Virus record (IMG/VR): IMGVR_UViG_3300027869_000006
Span: 1 to 64,000 of that record
From: a virus
Reading direction: 5' to 3' (one strand)
Length of the DNA: 64,000 bases
The notes under the pieces are model-generated. The model was not told the DNA's origin and did no database searches. It was given only the letters and a program-made list of their open reading frames with translations. Position numbers and translations under genes: made by a program. This document shows, piece after piece, positions 58,561 through 64,000 of this stretch. The number at the start of each line of letters is the position of its first letter. Within the stretch, counting starts at the first letter, position 1.

Positions 58561-59275
58561 AGAGTGCAAACTGATTGCATACCAACTCTATGATGGTGAT
58601 CTCCCCATGCAAATCGTTCCGGCACCGCGCAAACGGCAGTGGATGGATCAGACGCCACAGAGTTTTGCGAACCGTTGCCTCCCGCTCTTACTGGGAAATG
58701 CGAGCGGCTGGTGGCTCTTGAACACGCACGAGATACAGGTGACCTGGAACGGCGGCACTGATCTCTCCGCGCTCACCATCGCGGGTCGGGGTAGTTCGGA
58801 GACCGGCTATGCACTGAGCCATTTTGGTAACGGTCTCTTAACTTGGAATATTCCCCTGCTCTTTTCCACGCCCCCTGGATATAATTTGCTGGTACGTGGC
58901 CCTGCAAACTGGCCCAAAGACGGGGCATACGCACTGGACGGGCTTGTGGAGACAGATCACGCTGTGGCGACATGGACCATGAACTGGAAGATGACGCGGC
59001 CTGGCCTGACCGTCACCTTTGCCAAGGGCGAACCGATAGCACAAATCGTGCCACAGAAGCGTGGAGAACTAGAGACATTCACCCCGCAAGTACGGAACAT
59101 CAGAGAGGCACCAGAGTTACAAGCTGCATACAATGCGTGGGCATCTAGTCGCTCAACATTCAATATGGAACTGAAGAGACCAGGGTCAGAGGCAGTGAAG
59201 CGGCAATGGCAAAAGGATTACTTCCAAGCATCCCATCAAACAAAGGTCGCATTGAAGGAGTTCACAACTCCATGA
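58532..59275 (+). CDS. DUF6065-like protein
   Basis: R.WMD.T...FANRCLPL, SHFG.G, GPANWPKDG, VETD, WQKDYF. Confidence 0.75.
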   Translation: MEVTQHVSNEECKLIAYQLYDGDLPMQIVPAPRKRQWMDQTPQSFANRCLPLLLGNASGWWLLNTHEIQVTWNGGTDLSALTIAGRGSSETGYALSHFGNGLLTWNIPLLFSTPPGYNLLVRGPANWPKDGAYALDGLVETDHAVATWTMNWKMTRPGLTVTFAKGEPIAQIVPQKRGELETFTPQVRNIREAPELQAAYNAWASSRSTFNMELKRPGSEAVKRQWQKDYFQASHQTKVALKEFTTP

Positions 59276-59311
59276 CATCTCTCTCTCATTTCTTAGACAG
59301 TTGGAGGACAT

Positions 59312-59896
59312 ATGGCAACGACACCGACAAAAACCCCGAAGCAGCAAGCCTCACTCGCAGGCGTCTGGCAGGGCATTGAGGCACCAATCATCGGTATCCT
59401 CCTCTCCCTTGCCGTAGCTATTCAGCAGTATTTTAGTACCCATAGTGCCCCAAATTGGGGAGAACTGGGAATGATCCTGTTCCCGACCGTCATTGTTGGT
59501 ATTGTGCAAGCACTCAAGCAGTTCAATGCAACACTCGGGCAGGCATCAGTTCCCATCGTCACCGTCCCGCCGCCCGCACCGGTTGTCTCACCATCCGACA
59601 TTGCGGCAGCGATACGACAGCAGGTACCAGGACTGGTCATACAACAGCCACCGGCACCACCGTCGTTCATTGCGCCGTCAGTGCCACCAGGAGGATACGA
59701 TACGACGCTGGTCCAACCCCTCTCATTCGCCCCTCTGACCACGCCTGCCCAGCCACAACAACCGTACACGTGGTCACAGCCAGAACCATCCCCGACACTC
59801 ACGACACCTGCGCCAGTAATTACGCCGGTATTGTCACTGCCAAGTACGTTTCCGCAAACACTCGATTTACCAATCGTACGACCACAAATTGAGTAA
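59312..59896 (+). CDS. putative holin-like 2-TM protein with Pro-rich tail
   Basis: GGAGG RBS; two TM segments; near endolysin. Confidence 0.6.
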   Translation: MATTPTKTPKQQASLAGVWQGIEAPIIGILLSLAVAIQQYFSTHSAPNWGELGMILFPTVIVGIVQALKQFNATLGQASVPIVTVPPPAPVVSPSDIAAAIRQQVPGLVIQQPPAPPSFIAPSVPPGGYDTTLVQPLSFAPLTTPAQPQQPYTWSQPEPSPTLTTPAPVITPVLSLPSTFPQTLDLPIVRPQIE

Positions 59897-59897
59897 T

Positions 59898-59935
59898 AAT
59901 AAAGGGTACTACATCTGCATGTAGTACCCTTTATT
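59898..59935. terminator. bidirectional intrinsic terminator
   Basis: Perfect 17-bp IR AATAAAGGGTACTACAT-ctgc-ATGTAGTACCCTTTATT between convergent units. Confidence 0.85.
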
Positions 59936-59941
59936 CATCCC

Positions 59942-60129
59942 ATACCATACCGCATCCCGCCGGACTGCACCCCACCCAGCCTTGCCAGACATTACCCCGC
60001 ATCGCCACGCCTTACCCCACCGAACTACACCTTACCAACCAGACCATGCCGAACCCGACCGGACCACGCTATACCGTACCTTACCTTACTGAACCCAGCC
60101 AAGCCGGACCTCACCATACCTACCGTGCC
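59942..60129 (-). repeat. GGY-NN pentamer array C (38 units), putative guide RNA
   Basis: Minus strand GGCAC GGTA GGTAT GGTGA GGTCC GGCTT...; 5-nt period with two 4-nt slips. Confidence 0.9.
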
Positions 60130-60130
60130 A

Positions 60131-60349
60131 TTAAGCGTATCGTGTTTGGTCTGTCTCCCAGTTCACTAAACGTACAGGTGTCACATCTAAGTCTGTGATA
60201 GGAATGCCATACTTTTCTTCAGCTAAACTCAGTCCTTCCTGAGCATCACTAGCGGTTATCTCACCCACTATAGGCACCTGCTGCTTTCTTAGCTTGGCAT
60301 GCACGGTAGTGTCATGTCCCTTATACCAAACATCGAACCTATGCAACAT
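60131..60349 (-). CDS. 72-aa accessory protein coupled to the Cas7-like gene
   Basis: TAATG overlap at 60347-60351. Confidence 0.65.
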   Translation of the reverse strand: MLHRFDVWYKGHDTTVHAKLRKQQVPIVGEITASDAQEGLSLAEEKYGIPITDLDVTPVRLVNWETDQTRYA

Positions 60350-60897
60350 TACTTCACCTTTTCCCATGACACAAGAGCAAATCTCCCATACGGCCCTTTC
60401 TTTGCAGGACGGAAGTCACCAATGCCAACAAGTCGCCCTGCATCGGTGAGTATGTCACGGATAAGACGTTCACCAACTAGATCGGTATCAATCTGAACAT
60501 CAAACTCCATATTCCACTCATCGAACATTGGCCTGTGGCGTAGAATACGCCCCCCAGTCGCTTTAATGACAACAGCCCGTGAGTCCACATGCCATTCCCC
60601 TACCAGAGGAATTTCAAATGGGCTAACATAGACCCCTGCCGCTACATCAGTTGTCGCAGCCCTCCGTCCAATTTTGTGTCGTGATGCTGCTGCAATCATT
60701 GACTGCCGAATATTCTCAGCCGGATAGAATGGGCTATGTTCATTGGTATACAGGCGACTTGCCGCATCTTCATGAGGAGCCGGATATTCTTTCCGACCAT
60801 GTGTTCCTGAAGTTGCTTCCTCTGCCGCTGCCTCATGAAAACGATTCACGATGAGCGGCGTCAAACTCGTAATGTTGACCTTGTACGTTACAATCAT
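60349..60897 (-). CDS. minimal Cas7/RAMP-like protein (182 aa)
   Basis: YKVNITSLTPLIVN, YPAENIRQSM, RHRPMF..W, C-terminal G-loop GRLVGIGDFRPAKKGPYGRF; AAAGGA RBS before ATG 60897. Confidence 0.75.
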   Translation of the reverse strand: MIVTYKVNITSLTPLIVNRFHEAAAEEATSGTHGRKEYPAPHEDAASRLYTNEHSPFYPAENIRQSMIAAASRHKIGRRAATTDVAAGVYVSPFEIPLVGEWHVDSRAVVIKATGGRILRHRPMFDEWNMEFDVQIDTDLVGERLIRDILTDAGRLVGIGDFRPAKKGPYGRFALVSWEKVK

Positions 60898-60928
60898 GTG
60901 TGTTATCCTTTCTGTGTGAGTAACTTGT

Positions 60929-60960
60929 GTGGTGCCCTGCCCCAGTGGTAGGGCTACCAC
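60929..60960 (-). other. hairpin 3' of array B
   Basis: GTGGTAGCCCTACC-actgg-GGCAGGGCACCAC. Confidence 0.55.
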
Positions 60961-60977
60961 GCGAAACAAAATGAACA

Positions 60978-61161
60978 AAACCATACCAGACCGGACCTCG
61001 CCAAACCCGGCCTTGCCAGACCGGGCCTTGCCAGACCGGGCCAAACCCGACTACACTAGACCTCATCATGCCACACCTCCCATACCATACCCATCCTTAC
61101 CGAACTGCGCCAGACCGCAACGTACCAGACCGCGGCAAGCCGGGCCGGACCCAACCTAACC
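60978..61161 (-). repeat. GGY-NN pentamer array B (37 units), putative guide RNA
   Basis: Plus strand NN-RCC units AAACC ATACC AGACC GGACC TCGCC...; one 4-nt slip at 61078-61081. Confidence 0.9.
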
Positions 61162-61172
61162 TATTCCTCAGC

Positions 61173-61370
61173 AAACCATGCTATACCCCACCTGACCGTA
61201 GCACTCCTTCCAAACCGCACCATACCCAACCAAGCAGGACCCCGCGTCACCGCACCTGATCGGGCCATACCCCACCTGACCAAGCCGTGCCTACCTTGCC
61301 GCACCAAACCTCACCTCACTCAGTCTTGCCTCGCTGGACCTAGTCGCACCGAACCTGACCTTGCCGTGCC
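61173..61370 (-). repeat. GGY-NN pentamer array A (40 units), putative guide RNA
   Basis: Begins ATGGCACGG like array C; two 4-nt slips; 11-nt linker to array B. Confidence 0.9.
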
Positions 61371-62005
61371 ATAATCCTGCTATAGGCCAATTTCACGCAG
61401 AACTCAACGTCATTCCATACCTGGGAGCCAGTGAAGCGAAGAACGTACCAGCCTTGATCTTCAATCGTATGCTGTCGCATATAGTCTCTATTTCGGTCTC
61501 TCTTGTGACTATGGAACGCTTGCCCATCAAGTTCGATTACTATCTTTGCTTCAACATGGGCAAAGTCTACACGATACTTACTAATCCGATGCTGTCGCTC
61601 AAGAGGGATATCTGGATACAGCAGGCACCATGCTTCATAAAAGGCTTCCTCGATGGGACTTCCATTCTTGACGGATTGCTGAATTTCCCGTAAACGATTA
61701 CGAGCCTCATTAAGTGCAGCCTCACGTTGTTGATTAGCAAGTCGCAAGGCTTCTACTCGCTCTGCTTCTAGTGCTTGACGACGTTCTAGGGCCTGCTCTC
61801 GCTTCTCCCGAATGGTTGCTACTTCAATCTCTCTCTGGACAGATTGCTGATGCTCATTCGCACGACGCTTCAACTCCCTAGCTTCCTGAATCATACTAGC
61901 TTTCTCTGCCGCAAGTTGACGTTGTATGGCAAGTTCATGCTCTCTGTCAGCTTGAAGTTTTCGTTGTTGTTCTTGATAGTCGTTGAATGCTTGCCAGTCC
62001 ATCAT
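61340..62005 (-). CDS. coiled-coil plus DUF559/Vsr-like PD-(D/E)XK endonuclease
   Basis: SPIE..QHRISKYRVDF..IVIELDGQAFH..RD..R..GWYVLRFTGSQV. Confidence 0.85.
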   Translation of the reverse strand: MMDWQAFNDYQEQQRKLQADREHELAIQRQLAAEKASMIQEARELKRRANEHQQSVQREIEVATIREKREQALERRQALEAERVEALRLANQQREAALNEARNRLREIQQSVKNGSPIEEAFYEAWCLLYPDIPLERQHRISKYRVDFAHVEAKIVIELDGQAFHSHKRDRNRDYMRQHTIEDQGWYVLRFTGSQVWNDVEFCVKLAYSRIMARQGQVRCD

Positions 62006-62007
62006 GC

Positions 62008-62181
62008 TTATTGTTCTCGTTTTGTAGGCTTTTGCTGTTTCTGTTGTACTCGTTCTAATTCTTGGTTCGCTAAACGGTCAAGAAGACTCACGATACTCTC
62101 CCCTGTGATGGCATGAAGCATACGCAAGGTGGTAAGTGTCCTTGTCCAGATGCGAGTTGTTTTGTAGTCATCGGTAGCCAT
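62008..62181 (-). CDS. 57-aa ribbon-helix-helix-like regulator, leaderless (not in ORF track)
   Basis: MATDDYKTTRIWTRTLTTLRMLHAITGESIVSLLDRLANQELERV...; ATG at the predicted TSS. Confidence 0.7.
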   Translation of the reverse strand: MATDDYKTTRIWTRTLTTLRMLHAITGESIVSLLDRLANQELERVQQKQQKPTKREQ

Positions 62182-62187
62182 GAAGTT

Positions 62188-62216
62188 ATTTTACTACAAA
62201 CAAGTGTTCTTGTCAA
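62188..62216 (-). promoter_or_regulatory. consensus sigma70 promoter of the Cas7-like cassette
   Basis: TTGACA(62216-62211)-N17-TAAAAT(62193-62188). Confidence 0.8.
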
Positions 62217-62276
62217 GAGGAAAAGAAGACGCCCTTGACACAAGCATATACTAAGAGCAGAAGGGGGAATTTTTCT

Positions 62277-62837
62277 TTGGAACGCGGGTCCGTTATTCTT
62301 TTTGAGAAGGATGGCAGTCTCTTCAATTGGCTCATCACGAAAGCAACTCATGGTCCCTATGTCCATGTGGAAATTTGCCTGGGCGAGGAACGCCTGATCG
62401 GTGCTCACGGTAACCGTCGCGGCATCTATGAGCGTGATTGGGCCGATGCACCTTCGTTAGTGACGGAGGTCTCTCTCTCCCCCTATGCCGATGAAGAGCA
62501 CATCGAGCAGGCCCTTACCTGGGCGCAAGAGCAACAGGGGCATCCCTATGGATGGTGGGATATCGCCAGTCAGTCCATCAAGTTCTTGTGGCCAACGACA
62601 CCGCTCCGGTTCAGCAAGTCAGACGCATGGGGGTGTGCAGACTATGTGACCCGCTATCTGATACAAGCAGGGGTGGCCTTGCCAGAAGACTTCATGGACC
62701 CTGGGAAAAACTCGCCCAACGATATTGGACGGTTGTTCCATCTCGTTCCACAACGGCCACAACGCATCAGAAAACGGGAGAGAGAGTTGAGGAAAGGTCA
62801 TGCCATTGCCGCATTTGCCGCCTCCAGACGAGGATGA
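62277..62837 (+). CDS. permuted papain-like (YiiX/YaeF-type NlpC/P60) amidase/peptidase
   Basis: His before Cys: GPYVHVEI, GHPY, WGCADYV, SPND; TTG start after AGGGGG. Confidence 0.7.
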   Translation: MERGSVILFEKDGSLFNWLITKATHGPYVHVEICLGEERLIGAHGNRRGIYERDWADAPSLVTEVSLSPYADEEHIEQALTWAQEQQGHPYGWWDIASQSIKFLWPTTPLRFSKSDAWGCADYVTRYLIQAGVALPEDFMDPGKNSPNDIGRLFHLVPQRPQRIRKRERELRKGHAIAAFAASRRG

Positions 62838-63036
62838 CATCTATCTCACATCGGCGGAACTCGAGCAATTACTGGCCACGACCAAAGAAGTGGAGCAATT
62901 GCAAGAGGGTAATCCGACCGTCACGCAGGCACTTGCCGCCGATAGACAGCGCCGCAAACTCTTACGTCGTCTGCTCCACGGTGTTGCCAGGCAATGGCGT
63001 CACACGCTATCAAGTACCGAGCCAGGAAAGGACTAA
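62800..63036 (+). CDS. hypothetical protein
   Basis: GAGG/AAGG RBS. Confidence 0.55.
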   Translation: MPLPHLPPPDEDDIYLTSAELEQLLATTKEVEQLQEGNPTVTQALAADRQRRKLLRRLLHGVARQWRHTLSSTEPGKD

Positions 63037-63039
63037 CTC

Positions 63040-63423
63040 ATGTACAATCTCTTTGCTCACATCAAGTCTTTGTTCGCACACACACCAGCATCCGTCGTCC
63101 CCATGCCTGCCACCCCCTCGACAGGAGCCCTGACCACTCCTGTCTCTTCCCCTGACCTCGTTTCTGATCCCACCCCTCCTTCGATGAGAGATGATTTGCA
63201 CACACGTCCAGCAGCCTCCACTTCGGCAGCCTCGCCCTTGTCGTTACCGGAGACAGAGGCGTCTTCCGTGCAGGTACCTGCTGTTGTGTTGGATGAGCAG
63301 CAGGTGACGACGGCTCCCATACCAGAGACAGTCAAACCGAAACGAGCGAAACGACCACGCAAGCAGCAGATCGTTCCCATCATCGAGAGGGAAGAGTCGC
63401 CGCCGACTCGGCTAGGACTCTGA
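63040..63423 (+). CDS. low-complexity Pro/Ser/Thr-rich protein
   Basis: AAGGA RBS. Confidence 0.55.
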   Translation: MYNLFAHIKSLFAHTPASVVPMPATPSTGALTTPVSSPDLVSDPTPPSMRDDLHTRPAASTSAASPLSLPETEASSVQVPAVVLDEQQVTTAPIPETVKPKRAKRPRKQQIVPIIEREESPPTRLGL

Positions 63424-63459
63424 TCTCTCTCTCCCTTTCTCGTTTGCCCGTCAGATTAC

Positions 63460-63488
63460 TTGACAAGCGGGTGCAGAGCTGATAGAAT
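63460..63488 (+). promoter_or_regulatory. sigma70 promoter facing a convergent gene
   Basis: TTGACA-N17-TAGAAT with extended -10 TG. Confidence 0.6.
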
Positions 63489-63643
63489 AGCCGAGGTTCC
63501 CATCCATTACATACATGCCCAGCATCGCCTCGTCTTCACAAGGGTGCTGGGCATGGTTATGTTGGTGCCGGTGGCAGGAAATGAGCCTGCGCCTCCGGGT
63601 TTGTAGCCCGGCGCTCTCTGAGCTTCACCGGCATAGGCTCTCC

Positions 63644-63793
63644 TCACCCCAGGTACAGGTAGAGGAACGCGAGCACCGTGCGGAAGACGCCCCGCACAAA
63701 CTCAGTAGGGATGCTATGCGGCCAGACGAGATACAGCAGAGTGAGAAGGATCAAGGTGATCCAGTACCAATAACGACGCAAAACTCCACGCAT
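63644..63793 (-). CDS. 49-aa hydrophobic peptide (not in ORF track)
   Basis: AGGAAGGAG RBS; MRGVLRRYWYWITLILLTLLYLVWPHSIPTEFVRGVFRTVLAFLYLYLG*. Confidence 0.6.
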   Translation of the reverse strand: MRGVLRRYWYWITLILLTLLYLVWPHSIPTEFVRGVFRTVLAFLYLYLG

Positions 63794-63795
63794 GG

Positions 63796-64000
63796 TTAGA
63801 CTCCTTCCTGAGCAGGTGCTACTTCATCATTCAGTAGTTCAATACCTGCTTGTACGTATGCCTCTATCCAAGCAACTTCACGCCATCTAGGATTGACACC
63901 TTCATCGACAACTTCTAACGTTAACATCCAAGGAAGCATATGGGCATCTAAAATGGCTTGTATCCTAGCATGCTTGCGTTGATTATTATCAGAGAGCAAG
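63796..64000 (-). CDS. GIY-YIG-like nuclease, C-terminal part (5'-truncated)
   Basis: LEVV....REVAWI..Y...G.ELLN. Confidence 0.55.
   Translation of the reverse strand, partial: LLSDNNQRKHARIQAILDAHMLPWMLTLEVVDEGVNPRWREVAWIEAYVQAGIELLNDEVAPAQEGV

Noticed and set aside
60978-61161. Weak decodes: B1 vs GEERLIGAHGNR (62382-62417); B2 vs terminase AVRATRGKY or vs the Cas7-like HVDSRAV
   Set aside because: Only 5-6 exact dinucleotides with non-conservative mismatches; within chance given the number of comparisons.
60898-61259. ORF-track peptides across the arrays (MARSGKARSGK extension of the Cas7-like ORF; 60833-61069, 60929-61159, 61068-61259)
   Set aside because: Artefacts of 5-nt periodic repeats with few stops; the real start is ATG 60897 with an RBS.
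59942-61370. Calling the arrays CRISPR or a simple microsatellite
   Set aside because: No 25-45-nt repeats with spacers; only 3 of every 5 bases are conserved and the other 2 vary freely.
2320-63430. Frequent GAGAGAGA tracts near gene boundaries
   Set aside because: Best explained as purine-rich RBS regions; no fixed spacing or flanking conservation seen.
63490-63645. Possible tRNA among the hairpins
   Set aside because: No T-loop GTTCRA or cloverleaf found.

Overview
About 64 kb of a tailed (siphovirus-like, HK97-fold) phage or prophage. No integrase, rRNA or tRNA was seen. A Chloroflexota/Ktedonobacteria-like host is only a guess, from the IS ends and leaderless genes. Gene order: early/accessory genes (1-12 kb, incl. 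two YopX, an intact tnpB-only IS, HTH regulators, a beta clamp); a putative DNA-modification trio (2OG-oxygenase-like, ParB-like, GREB1/TAGT-like glycosyltransferase); terminase, portal, protease, capsid and tail (14.4-38.3 kb); a C1 cysteine protease and three very large glycoside-hydrolase/phosphoesterase proteins whose domains are nested and split across ORFs (38.3-51.1 kb); tail fibre, a dead tnpB IS and lysis genes. The standout is a minus-strand cassette at 59898-62216: RHH gene, DUF559 nuclease, a minimal Cas7/RAMP-like gene, a small gene, and three arrays of 37-40 GGY-NN pentamers. When the variable dinucleotides are read as a gapped code (NN, skip one base), two array segments spell homologues of the two genes flanking the cassette. 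The resident copies differ from the decoded guides largely by Ser/Leu codon swaps and conservative substitutions. This suggests an RNA-guided, wobble-skipping inter-phage targeting or homing system with self-immunity by recoding. All alignments were done by hand; no database searches were run.
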